A stretch of 64,000 bases of DNA from a candidate division FCPU426 bacterium (GTDB lineage Bacteria; Oederibacteriota; Muellerivitia; Muellerivitales; Muellerivitaceae). Numbering within the stretch: the stretch's first letter is position 1; every line of letters starts with the position of its first letter. A program made the position numbers and the translations under genes. This document shows, one piece after another, positions 27,052-36,404 of this stretch. A model generated the notes under the pieces. That model was not told where the DNA came from, did no database searches, and saw only the letters and a list, made by a program, of their open reading frames with translations. The DNA lies in the NCBI GenBank assembly GCA_963738405.1, contig CAVTWJ010000018.1, positions 76,294 through 140,293 on the forward strand, read 5' to 3'.

Positions 27052-27297
27052 ATGGAAACCATGGAAAAAGTTGTTTTAAACACCGATATTTTGGCGGGGA
27101 TGGACGGGAAAGTGAATGAAGCTTCCGTCCAACTGAAATATCCCCAATTCAATCCAGAAGATTACCGGGGCAAGCATGTGGTGGTAAAGGGCTGCGCGCC
27201 CACCTGGACGGTGATGCTGCTTCAGCATAAGCTTCAGGGGGTCGCGGTCAAGTTATCGTTCGTTTTGTATGACGGCAAGGAATACCCCATTTATTGA
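27052..27297 (+). CDS. small hypothetical protein (about 81 aa)
   Basis: This is an ORF upstream of the lipoate ligase-like gene. I recognise no family. Confidence 0.3.
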   Translation: METMEKVVLNTDILAGMDGKVNEASVQLKYPQFNPEDYRGKHVVVKGCAPTWTVMLLQHKLQGVAVKLSFVLYDGKEYPIY

Positions 27298-27352
27298 TTT
27301 TGCCTCGCGGTTTTATCCCCCAAGTCCCCATCTCAAACCTAAAATCTCCTCT

Positions 27353-28027
27353 ATGATCGCTTGGCGCTATATACCTTCCCGTTTCGTTCCCGCTATGGGA
27401 CAAATGGCCTACGATGAGGAGCTTTTTTCTCAGTTCAGGCCAAGTGATTTCCCAATTCTAAGGTTTTTTATTTTCCAAAAACCCACGCTTACCCTGGGGC
27501 GATTGGAAGCCAGACGATTGAACCTCCAAAACTTACCCTTTCCTCATGAAATCCGCCCTACCGGCGGCCGGGGGGTTCTCCACGGGTCGGGCGACCTTTG
27601 TTACACACTCCTAGCCTCTAAGAAAGATCCGATTGTTGGAGGGGGACTCATAGAAAGCTATTGCCGTATCGGAAAAATATTGTCCCGGGGCCTTCAATCA
27701 CTGGGGCGGGACGTCCAGATGACCGAGGAGAAACATTTAGGGATGGGTGATCCACATTGCTTTTCGGCTCCCAGCCAGGCGGAGCTGACCTTGAACGGAA
27801 AAAAAGTAGCGGGCGGTGCCCAGGCCCGGCGGGAAGGCGTTTTTCTTCAACAGGGGGTCATTCTTTTTAAAGTGGCGGATGAATGGAAAAAAGCATTTCC
27901 AGGATCAGGATTTGAAGCCATGACAGGATTGAACGAGGACCCGGTTCAACCTTCGATAACCCCCAACGACTTGGAACAAACGTTACTTTACTCTTTTGAG
28001 GAAGAAAAAATCCGGTTTCATGAATGA
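27353..28027 (+). CDS. lipoate-protein ligase / octanoyltransferase family protein (LplA/LipM-like BPL catalytic domain)
   Basis: It has the BPL_LplA_LipB motifs (RPTGGRGVLHGSGDLCY, NGKKVAGGAQ). The track ORF starts at 27269, and the MIAWRY start was chosen from family length. Confidence 0.65.
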   Translation: MIAWRYIPSRFVPAMGQMAYDEELFSQFRPSDFPILRFFIFQKPTLTLGRLEARRLNLQNLPFPHEIRPTGGRGVLHGSGDLCYTLLASKKDPIVGGGLIESYCRIGKILSRGLQSLGRDVQMTEEKHLGMGDPHCFSAPSQAELTLNGKKVAGGAQARREGVFLQQGVILFKVADEWKKAFPGSGFEAMTGLNEDPVQPSITPNDLEQTLLYSFEEEKIRFHE

Positions 28028-28129
28028 AAAGAACCGTAACCTCAAGGACAAGGCGTCCATTTTCCAGATGCCTTCTCTGCCGCCAAGTGCGAAACTAAAT
28101 CTGTTGTTAAGGGCAGGGCGGGAGAAATC

Positions 28130-29419
28130 ATGAAGAAATTCGATGCCATGGTGATCGGCGGCGGGCCCGGTGGCTATATGGCGGCCCTGCGCTTGGCGCG
28201 CCAAGGCAAAACCGTGGCCCTATTTGAGAAAAAGAAAATTGGAGGTTCCTGCCTCCATGTGGGTTGCATCCCCACCAAACTTCTTCAATCCGCCGCGACT
28301 CGCTTCCACACCTTTTCCAAAGAAGGAAAGTCTTGGGGTATCGAAGCCGAAAATATAAAAATGAATTTTCAAACTTTGACTGAGCGAACCCGAAAAACAA
28401 TCGACATCCTTGAAAAAGGAATTCAATTCCAATTGGTGGCCGCAAAGGTTGAAGTGATCCAGGGAGAAGCGAGCGTTAAGGGTCCCGACCTGGTTCTATG
28501 CGGAGGGGAAGAATACAAGGGCGGTCTTCTCGTCCTCGCCCTGGGTTCCAGGCCCCGCCGCCTTTCCGATTTTCCCATCGGTGAAACCATCGTGACCAGC
28601 GATGAGCTGTTGGTTCAGCCACGCCTTCCCAAATCCCTTCTTATCGTCGGCGCGGGGGTTATCGGCCTGGAATTCGCCTGCCTCTACGCCCAATTGGGAA
28701 CCAAAGTGCGGGTGGGGGATGTGCTGCCAAATATCCTTCCGACGATGGATGAGGATGCCGCCCAGCAATTATTGAATTCCATAAGGCGGCTTGGAGTGGA
28801 AATCGAATTAGGTTTAGCCCGGGTCCAGGCGAAAGATGAGGAACTGATTTTGGTGGCGGCTGGTAGGGTGCCCAATTCGGACCAAGCCGATCTCCCTGCC
28901 CTTGGGTTGGAGCTCCAAGGTTCCAAAATCAGAACCAACGGGCACCTGCAAACATCCCTTCCTGGGGTTTACGCTATCGGGGATTTAACGGGAAACTACC
29001 CTTACGCCCATTCGGCCTACGAACATGCCCGGCTAGTGGCCCGGCACCAAGAACCGGGCGGAGATTCGGAGGTTTTGGACGATAACCGAATTCCCCACGT
29101 GGTTTTTACCTCTCCGGAAATCGCCTCGGTTGGTTTGACGGAAAAGGAAGCCAGGGCAAAATATCCCAATGTGACAGTTCATAAAAACAACTTTGCCGCC
29201 AACAGTAAGGCCCGCATCTTGGGGGACATTCAAGGTTGGGGCAAGATCCTATCGGATGGGATTTCGGGAAGGATTTTAGGCGTTCAACTCGTGGGCCCCG
29301 AGGCGACGGACCTGATTGGCGAGGCGTGTTTAATCATTTCCAAGGGGGTCACTTTAGGGGAGCTGGAAAGGGTTGTTCATCCTCACCCAACCCTTAACGA
29401 GATATTCGGCCTCCACTAA
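28130..29419 (+). CDS. lpd: dihydrolipoyl dehydrogenase (E3, pyridine nucleotide-disulfide oxidoreductase)
   Basis: It has the FAD-binding GGGPGG motif, the redox-active disulfide motif (GGSCLHVGCIPTK), an NAD-binding domain and a C-terminal HPHPTLNE dimerisation motif. Confidence 0.8.
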   Translation: MKKFDAMVIGGGPGGYMAALRLARQGKTVALFEKKKIGGSCLHVGCIPTKLLQSAATRFHTFSKEGKSWGIEAENIKMNFQTLTERTRKTIDILEKGIQFQLVAAKVEVIQGEASVKGPDLVLCGGEEYKGGLLVLALGSRPRRLSDFPIGETIVTSDELLVQPRLPKSLLIVGAGVIGLEFACLYAQLGTKVRVGDVLPNILPTMDEDAAQQLLNSIRRLGVEIELGLARVQAKDEELILVAAGRVPNSDQADLPALGLELQGSKIRTNGHLQTSLPGVYAIGDLTGNYPYAHSAYEHARLVARHQEPGGDSEVLDDNRIPHVVFTSPEIASVGLTEKEARAKYPNVTVHKNNFAANSKARILGDIQGWGKILSDGISGRILGVQLVGPEATDLIGEACLIISKGVTLGELERVVHPHPTLNEIFGLH

Positions 29420-29546
29420 ATATAAAAAACCTCAAAATTCCTAGAATTATGATCCAAATGAGGGCTTTAGATTTTTGGTTTTCAACCGTTAGGAATTACA
29501 TCAACATCCGGTAGGGTTATTCGAAATCAGGCGATGAGGTCCAATT

Positions 29547-29900
29547 TTGAAAAAAATGACTTTTTTTCTCTTCCTTTTCCTGGGCACGGCCGCTTTCGCC
29601 AACCCACCTTTAAAGGTGATTTCCAGCACAACCACCACGACCCATTTTCTCATGAAATGGCCCTACCACACAGTGACCACTTATAACGCTACCCAAACAA
29701 AGCCTTATTATTCGACGGGCCGAATCCTTTATCTGGTGACCCATCAGGATGTTTCAAAATATCGATATTATTACCCTCAAAATACCTGCCAAAACGAATG
29801 GGGTTATTTCTTCCCGCCTGGAACCAAACTTTGCAGTCACCGTCCCGCCCGAGCCTTTGGCGAACCAGATTCTTACGTTGTTGAGATTTACTCCAAGTAA
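29547..29900 (+). CDS. secreted hypothetical protein (low GC, Tyr-rich)
   Basis: The ORF has a signal peptide (MKKMTFFLFLFLGTAAFA) and AT-rich composition. It lies in an accessory islet. Confidence 0.4.
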   Translation: MKKMTFFLFLFLGTAAFANPPLKVISSTTTTTHFLMKWPYHTVTTYNATQTKPYYSTGRILYLVTHQDVSKYRYYYPQNTCQNEWGYFFPPGTKLCSHRPARAFGEPDSYVVEIYSK

Positions 29901-30077
29901 GTTTCCCCCTTGCGGCCCCAAAGCTGACGGGTTGGCTTTACCAACCTTTGTAACAGGTTTCCATCCCCTATGTAACATCTGGTTAACAAACCTTTCCGAC
30001 AATAATACACAACCACACCGACCCAACGCCCTTCAACGCCTACTTAACACTTTATCCTGTAGGGCCTTGGAGGACGT

Positions 30078-30266
30078 ATGTTGAAGCTAGACCAATTCTC
30101 GGAATGCGTCTTGTTCCAATGCGACCGGTGTCGGCATGTGGGAGAACTTTTCACCGACATCGTCGAGGAGGACGGCAGTTACCACTGTTGGAGCTGCCTG
30201 AACGAGATGAAAAGGTCGGGGAAAAAAACCAGCGAAGAAAAGGAAACACATGTTATTAACGGATAA
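30078..30266 (+). CDS. small zinc-ribbon-like protein (CxxC ... HCxxC), paralog 1
   Basis: It is 62 aa with a CDRC ... HCWSC motif, and is paralogous to the next ORF. Confidence 0.4.
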   Translation: MLKLDQFSECVLFQCDRCRHVGELFTDIVEEDGSYHCWSCLNEMKRSGKKTSEEKETHVING

Positions 30267-30432
30267 AAGCCCCAAAGGCGAACCGTTGTTTGAGTGCGAG
30301 GAATGCCGTGCCGTCGGCGAAATAGGAAATATTTTTATTGATGAGAAGGGATCGCATCACTGTCTCTCATGCTGGTGCGAGCGCAACTTGAGCAGGGCCA
30401 AGCAGCGCCGTTTGATCGTCGTTGAGCGTTAA
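30250..30432 (+). CDS. small zinc-ribbon-like protein (CxxC ... HCxxC), paralog 2
   Basis: It is 60 aa with a CEEC ... HCLSC motif. Its start overlaps the end of paralog 1 by 17 nt. Confidence 0.4.
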   Translation: MLLTDKSPKGEPLFECEECRAVGEIGNIFIDEKGSHHCLSCWCERNLSRAKQRRLIVVER

Positions 30433-30544
30433 GTTTTTCCCGCCGGGCCGGGGATCCCCCGGCCGTTAGAGATGTTCCGTCCGTAAATCAAAATGGCCTA
30501 ATCTATTCAATGATTTTTTTGCCTTCTAAGTCAGGGTTCATCAT

Positions 30545-30691
30545 CCCATGCCCGCAAATTTTTGGTCTGGGCACTTGCGCTGGGAATATTCTTTGTCCCA
30601 GGAATTAATAAAGATTATAGGGCGGTCACGGGGGTCTCTCGTTTTCAAAACCTGCATCAGCGTGTCGAAGGTTTCCGGGTCCCCCACGAGC
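30545..30691 (-). pseudogene. about 150-bp remnant copy of the 3' end of prfC
   Basis: The segment aligns by eye, in the same orientation, with 32919..33067, the C-terminal codons of intact prfC. I estimate about 75-80% identity. Confidence 0.6.
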
Positions 30692-30844
30692 TAAACAATG
30701 TCGTCTGATTGCCGTGGAGCATTACGCCTTTTCCATCGGGCCAGGATTCCCGCATCCGTTAAAGAAAGTCTTTAAGCAGTGTTTTTACCCATATAAAAAT
30801 TATTAAAATTTCCTTTAATAACCTTGAAGGGCCAGTTTTGCCGC

Positions 30845-32881
30845 CTAAACAAAACTTTTCTTTGACTCTTCATCTCGTTTTTGAAATTGAAGGCATAATC
30901 CCAGGTTGTAGTAAAGTTGGGCGGCCGGTATTCCCAAATGGATTGCGTTCTTAAATGCTTGAGTTGCTTGCACGAAATGACCGTCCAAAACCTTGAAAAA
31001 CGCGAGTTTTTCCCAGTAGACCGCGGTTAAAAAGCGGTCGGCGGGAAAGGAATCGGGTAGGGTTGGCCGGGACTCCAAAAAACTAGCCCATCGTTCATTC
31101 TGCCTTTTATTCATAACCTCAAACTGGGCATCACCGTAAACCCGGTCGGCGCTTTTCCAAGCTTCAAGCATAGGCGGGGGAATTTGGGCTGTTGGAATTA
31201 AAAATACCGCAAAAGGTTTGGGGTCCTCTGGACGACGTTTGTCTGTATCAAGGATTTTCCACCTCACGCCGGGAAATCTTTTCTCGAAATAAGGCGCGTA
31301 ATGAGCGTTGGTGATCAATGCAGTCCAAGAAGGGTTTGGATTCCTTAGGGATGGGTTGTGGATCGCGTCAAAGGGGTAACATGCGACATCTAATGTTCTA
31401 TTTACATAGTCCGTGTTGAACTCGGTGAAAAGGTTGAGGGAACCTTCCGGTTTGCTGAACGCCTTTAAAATTCGATAAGCGTCGTAATATTGAAAATTTC
31501 GCCATTGCTGGTTCAAATTTCCGCATAGCCGGATATCGTCATATAAATTGAAGAAATGATAAAAATTGAGGAGAGTGGGTGTCAGCAATAGACCGAGGAA
31601 AGCCCATTTCCTTAAAGGAAAAGATATATTTGTAAAAAGGTCACGGAGACCGAATGAAGCAAAAAGCATAAAAAAAATGAACACAGGCGTGGCTCTCTGC
31701 AATTCCAATCCGTTGGAAAGGATGCCGGGAAAAAGGGAAAGAAAGGTTCCGGAAACCAAAAGAAAAAAAACCTTTCGGTCTAAACACCGTGCCGAGTATA
31801 AAATTCCATTTAAAACAAGGGTTCCGGTCACTGCGTCAAAATACCCGCCCCAAATGGGGCCAAGGGGATAACTGTCCTTTCCGTTCAAAAAAAATCCACG
31901 AAGATACGAGAAAAAAGAAGAAAAAAATGATGAACTAATAACATTTTCTTGAAGGTGCTGGGTCGCTCCGGGTGCAAAACGAGCGAGGACTAAGGGCAAG
32001 GAAAGCGCCAACGAAAGAACAATAAATAGAAAACCTTGGGATCTTTTAATTCGATCGGGATAAGAAAAGATGACCATCGCAAAGAATAACCAGGCGACGA
32101 TCCAATTGGTGTAACTATAAAATCCAAAGCCGCACCAAATTCCCAAAACCACTGTCCAAAACCAAGAATTGGAATTTCTTTGGGTTTTCATGAGGATTCC
32201 CAAAAGAATGAAGGCGATGAGTTGAAAAAGCGGGATTAAGTCATTGGGAGTGCACTGACGGGAGAAGCCGATCTCCCAAAAGGATAGGGTAACAAACCAG
32301 CAAAAGACAAAAGCGAGAAAAGGCTCAAAAACTCGTTTTGCGGCGGCATAGGCCGAACCGCCGATGGCGATTGATATAAGGACGGTAAAAAACCTTTGCG
32401 TCAGCAGTGAAACTCCGACCCATCGATAGAACAAAGCTAACAACCATAGCAGCAGGGGTTCCATCTGACCTTGGGCCCAAAGAAGAGTAGTGCTCCACTT
32501 TTTCATGAGGCCGATCGCCAAAAAAGAAAAAATACCTTCGTCAGTTAGGGGCCAAAAAGGGATGCTGGACAATCGGTAAAACCTTGAGAAAACAAAAAAA
32601 ACAAAGAAGAGAATCCAAAAGAAAGGGAATAAATGGATTGTCTTTTCAAAAGTTGTTTCCGGCACATCTTTCAATTTTCTCGTACGGATTCCAAAAAAAA
32701 TGCCCAATAGGAAAGGAAGAAAAAGACCCATCCATCCAATCCATAGAATGGCTTGTGGAGGAAGTGAAAAATAAGATAGAAGAACGTTGGAAGCTAGAAA
32801 CAAGCAGAAGTAGGGCCAGGGATTAAAGTGTGGATGTTTTTTAAGGAGAACTAAAATATTCTGAAAATCTTTCATAGGCAT
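30845..32881 (-). CDS. polytopic membrane glycosyltransferase-like protein with a C-terminal TPR-like tail (paralog of 10732..12834)
   Basis: Its architecture matches the other paralog, and the C-terminal soluble domains are alignable (YFEKLAF / YWEKLAF). Confidence 0.55.
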   Translation of the reverse strand: MPMKDFQNILVLLKKHPHFNPWPYFCLFLASNVLLSYFSLPPQAILWIGWMGLFLPFLLGIFFGIRTRKLKDVPETTFEKTIHLFPFFWILFFVFFVFSRFYRLSSIPFWPLTDEGIFSFLAIGLMKKWSTTLLWAQGQMEPLLLWLLALFYRWVGVSLLTQRFFTVLISIAIGGSAYAAAKRVFEPFLAFVFCWFVTLSFWEIGFSRQCTPNDLIPLFQLIAFILLGILMKTQRNSNSWFWTVVLGIWCGFGFYSYTNWIVAWLFFAMVIFSYPDRIKRSQGFLFIVLSLALSLPLVLARFAPGATQHLQENVISSSFFSSFFSYLRGFFLNGKDSYPLGPIWGGYFDAVTGTLVLNGILYSARCLDRKVFFLLVSGTFLSLFPGILSNGLELQRATPVFIFFMLFASFGLRDLFTNISFPLRKWAFLGLLLTPTLLNFYHFFNLYDDIRLCGNLNQQWRNFQYYDAYRILKAFSKPEGSLNLFTEFNTDYVNRTLDVACYPFDAIHNPSLRNPNPSWTALITNAHYAPYFEKRFPGVRWKILDTDKRRPEDPKPFAVFLIPTAQIPPPMLEAWKSADRVYGDAQFEVMNKRQNERWASFLESRPTLPDSFPADRFLTAVYWEKLAFFKVLDGHFVQATQAFKNAIHLGIPAAQLYYNLGLCLQFQKRDEESKKSFV

Positions 32882-32923
32882 GCGTGGATTTTAACATAGG
32901 TTTTTAAGACCTTTTGGAAAGTT

Positions 32924-34525
32924 TCAACCCATGTCCACTAATTTGTGATCGGGGCATTTGCGCTGGGTGTATTCCTTTTCCCAGGAAGTCTTAAAAAGAA
33001 TCACGGGACGGTCGTGTCGGTCGCGCGTTTTCAAAACCTGCACTGGCGGGTCGAAAGTCTCTGGATCTCCCACGAGCCAGGCGCTGGATTGGTAAGGAAG
33101 AAGTTCTAAATGGCTTTCAGCGCTGTACTCGTTTTTAAGGCGATACTGCAATACGTCAAACTGCAAGCGCCCCACGGCGGCAACGTAAATATCTAGATCA
33201 TTCCAACTTTTTAACAATTGGACCGTTCCTTCTTCGGTCATCTGCTGCAAACCCTTATCAAAAGATTTGCGCTTGGAAACGTCCTTCGGCCTCACTTGGG
33301 CGAAGATTTCGGGTTGGAACTGAGGCAGGGGCTTGAAGTCGAACCCGCCTTCCAGCGAAAGGGTGTCGCCGATGGAAAAAACGCCGGGATTGATCACGCC
33401 CACGATGTCGCCCGGATAGGCCACGTCTAGGATGTTACGGTCTGAGGCCAGCATGGAGTGGGGGCGGGAAAGGCGCAGTTCCTTGTTTAAACGGTGGTGC
33501 TTGACCACCAGGTCCCTTTCGAACCGGCCTGAGCAGACCCGCATAAAAGCGGTGCTGTCACGGTGTTTGGGGTTCATGTTGGCTTGAAGCTTAAAGACAT
33601 AAGCTGAAAAGGGTGTCTCCACCGGGTCCACCAGGATCTCCTCACCCGAGGGGGTGTCGGCAATGCGTGCCCCGGGGGGAGGGGCCATTTCCACAAAGGC
33701 GTCGAAAAAAGGTTCCACCCCGAAATTGGTCAGGGCGGAGGCGAAGAAAACCGGAGTGACTTCGCCGTTTAAGAATTTACCCGGTTCAAAGGGGTTCCCC
33801 GCCACTTCGAGCAATTCCAGGTCATGCCTCAGCTTTTCCAGAAGTTCAGGATTTAGGCGGGATTCGGTCGCCGGGTCTTTCAGGGAAAGGCGTTCCACCG
33901 AGGCCTTGGCCGCTCCCCCTACTGAAACCTTTGCGAACATCAACAGTTCCTGGGTGCGCCGGTCCATGACGCCCGAAAAATCCCTGCCGCTTCCCACGGG
34001 CCAATTGATGGCGGAAGAGCCGATCTTTAAGACTTGTTCCACTTCCTGCATCAGGTCCAGAGGATCGCGCCCTGGCAGATCCATTTTGTTGATAAAGGTC
34101 ATGACAGGGATGCCCCGCAAGTGGCAAACATCGAAAAGCTTGCGGGTCTGGGTTTCCACGCCCTTGGCGGCATCGATCACCATGATGGCGCAATCGGCGG
34201 CGGTGAGGGTACGGTAAGTATCTTCCGAGAAATCTTGATGGCCAGGGGTATCCAACACGTTGATGATGGCGTTCTTGTAGGGAAACTGCATGGCCGAGGC
34301 GGTGATAGAAATACCGCGCTCCTGCTCCATGCCCATCCAGTCGGACACGGCGACTTTTCCGCCCTTGCGGCCCCGCACCATGCCCGCAGTTTGGATCATG
34401 CCCGAATACAAGAGCAGCTTTTCGGTCAATGTGGTTTTGCCGGCGTCCGGGTGGCTGATAATGGCGAAAGTCCGCCGTTTGGCGATGGCGTTTTTGATTT
34501 CAACGGTTAAGGCGGGGTCGGTCAT
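32924..34525 (-). CDS. prfC: peptide chain release factor 3 (translational GTPase)
   Basis: The N-terminus has the G1 motif (RRTFAIISHPDAGKTTLTEKLL), followed by DTPGH and NKMD GTPase motifs. Confidence 0.9.
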   Translation of the reverse strand: MTDPALTVEIKNAIAKRRTFAIISHPDAGKTTLTEKLLLYSGMIQTAGMVRGRKGGKVAVSDWMGMEQERGISITASAMQFPYKNAIINVLDTPGHQDFSEDTYRTLTAADCAIMVIDAAKGVETQTRKLFDVCHLRGIPVMTFINKMDLPGRDPLDLMQEVEQVLKIGSSAINWPVGSGRDFSGVMDRRTQELLMFAKVSVGGAAKASVERLSLKDPATESRLNPELLEKLRHDLELLEVAGNPFEPGKFLNGEVTPVFFASALTNFGVEPFFDAFVEMAPPPGARIADTPSGEEILVDPVETPFSAYVFKLQANMNPKHRDSTAFMRVCSGRFERDLVVKHHRLNKELRLSRPHSMLASDRNILDVAYPGDIVGVINPGVFSIGDTLSLEGGFDFKPLPQFQPEIFAQVRPKDVSKRKSFDKGLQQMTEEGTVQLLKSWNDLDIYVAAVGRLQFDVLQYRLKNEYSAESHLELLPYQSSAWLVGDPETFDPPVQVLKTRDRHDRPVILFKTSWEKEYTQRKCPDHKLVDMG

Positions 34526-34611
34526 AGGCCGGGTATCCTACCACAAACCCTTTCCCGCTCAAGGCGATTGGTTCTTGATGGGTTTAAGGTGAGCCGATAA
34601 ACTAAACCCTC

Positions 34612-35277
34612 ATGAAATTTCTCAAGAAAATCATCCGCGAAATCCGGTTTTTTATCCGCCGGACCTGGTTTTTAACCGCTCTGTTGGGATTGGCCTTTCT
34701 GGTTTATGTTTTCAACGGCGACAAGAACGAGGTAATCCTTTGGATCACCCTTTCTTACATTTCATCCTTCGTTTTCTACACATTGACCATCTACCTTCCC
34801 GACCGGGTCAGCCGAAAGAATATCCACCGGGTGATCACGCCCTATTTGCAGACGGTTATTAACGACACGAAGGGGATTTTTTACAGCTTTCTGGCGGCTT
34901 CCAACCACCCCTGCGACGTGGATCATTTGAAAGAAGAAGATTTCCACCAAATTTTCACCAAGATCAATCCCATGGACCGTTCCACCCGCCTGGACTACCT
35001 GGGTTTCGGCAATTGGTTTGAGTATCTGGAGCATCAGAAGGGCCGGATCCGACGGACCATGGATAAGATCCTTACCTACGAGCATTACCTGGACACTGAT
35101 TTCATCCTCATTCTTGAGAAAATCAACAACTCCACCTTTTTTGAGATATTGGATTTCATTGAGCACAAGCCTATGCCCTACAAGGACTTCGCTTTTTTGG
35201 CCGATTCCTACCGCCACTGCTATAACCAGGTGGAAAAGTTGGAAGTGTTTTTAATGAAATACCTAGCGGACGCTTAA
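34612..35277 (+). CDS. hypothetical membrane protein (low GC, two N-terminal transmembrane segments)
   Basis: The ORF has about 40% GC and lies between prfC and gcvT. I recognise no family. Confidence 0.4.
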   Translation: MKFLKKIIREIRFFIRRTWFLTALLGLAFLVYVFNGDKNEVILWITLSYISSFVFYTLTIYLPDRVSRKNIHRVITPYLQTVINDTKGIFYSFLAASNHPCDVDHLKEEDFHQIFTKINPMDRSTRLDYLGFGNWFEYLEHQKGRIRRTMDKILTYEHYLDTDFILILEKINNSTFFEILDFIEHKPMPYKDFAFLADSYRHCYNQVEKLEVFLMKYLADA

Positions 35278-35302
35278 ATTTGCTACTAAGAGAGGATTTC
35301 CT

Positions 35303-36400
35303 ATGCGCGACACCTTTTGCCTGGCCTGGGACCAAGCCCATGGCGCCAAACTGGTCGATTTTCACGGCTGGAACATGCCGGTTTCCTACGCCAAGGGAAT
35401 CCTTCACGAGCATGAAGCCACCCGCACTTCCTGCGGCCTTTTCAACATTACCCACATGGGACGGCTGAGAATCGAGGGACCCCAGGCCTACAAATTCTCG
35501 AACTATGCCTTTAGCAACGACCTCACCCTTTGCCCTATCGGCAGCGCCCTTTATGGTTTTCTCCTCAATTCCAAAGGGGGAATCATCGATGACGTGATTA
35601 TTTACAAGGAATCCAACGATAAGTTCCTTTGGATTATCAATGCGGGGGGGCGGGAAATAGATGTCGAGCATTTGCGTAAACTTTCGGCGGGAAAAGACCT
35701 TAAGATCGACCTTCTTTCAGACCAGACTGGGTTTATCGCCTTGCAGGGCCCCAAGGCCCATGAGGTTTTGGGACGCTTGGTTCAAAATGCGGACCTGACC
35801 AAGATTCCCTACTTTGGGTTTGGAAGGGGAACGATCCAGGGAAGACCTGTTTTCATCATGGCGACAGGTTATACGGGGGAAGACGGTTATGAATTGATGG
35901 TGGATGTCCAAGATGCGCCCATGATTTGGGATCTATTGGCTTCCCAAACGGAAGTTACCCCCTGCGGACTGGGTGCCCGGGATTCTCTGAGGCTGGAAGC
36001 GGGCCTGCCCCTGCACGGAAACGACATCGATGAGACCACTCAGCCCTATGAAGCGGGGTTGGGTTGGGCAGTCAAAATGGAAAAAGAAGGCGGTTTTTTC
36101 GGGCGCGAATCCTTGAATAGAACTCCGGGCCGCAAACTGATCGGATTAACCCTTGAAGGCCAAAATATTCCCCGTTCCCACTATAAGGTTGTTTCGGAAG
36201 GCCAAGAAGCCGGGGAAGTGACCAGCGGAGTCTTTTCACCGACCCTCAAAAAAGGCATCGCTTTGGCTTATGTGAAAAAAGAATTTTTGGAAAAACCCCT
36301 GGCGGTTGATATTCGTGGGAAAGCTGTTCTAGCTATGGTCGCCAAGCTTCCATGGGTGAGGCATATCACGAAATCAAAAGCACAACCCCTCAAAGCCTGA
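35303..36400 (+). CDS. gcvT: glycine cleavage system T protein (aminomethyltransferase)
   Basis: It has the GcvT N-terminal pattern (LVDFHGWNMPVSYAKGILHEHEATRTSCGLFNITHMG) and a length of 365 aa. Confidence 0.9.
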   Translation: MRDTFCLAWDQAHGAKLVDFHGWNMPVSYAKGILHEHEATRTSCGLFNITHMGRLRIEGPQAYKFSNYAFSNDLTLCPIGSALYGFLLNSKGGIIDDVIIYKESNDKFLWIINAGGREIDVEHLRKLSAGKDLKIDLLSDQTGFIALQGPKAHEVLGRLVQNADLTKIPYFGFGRGTIQGRPVFIMATGYTGEDGYELMVDVQDAPMIWDLLASQTEVTPCGLGARDSLRLEAGLPLHGNDIDETTQPYEAGLGWAVKMEKEGGFFGRESLNRTPGRKLIGLTLEGQNIPRSHYKVVSEGQEAGEVTSGVFSPTLKKGIALAYVKKEFLEKPLAVDIRGKAVLAMVAKLPWVRHITKSKAQPLKA

Positions 36401-36404
36401 ACCC

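Noticed and set aside
35278-35302. Expected glycine riboswitch upstream of gcvT, and the 110-nt gap upstream of gcvH
   Set aside because: Only 25 nt separate the upstream ORF from gcvT. The gcvH leader shows none of the tandem-aptamer conserved stretches I could recognise by eye.
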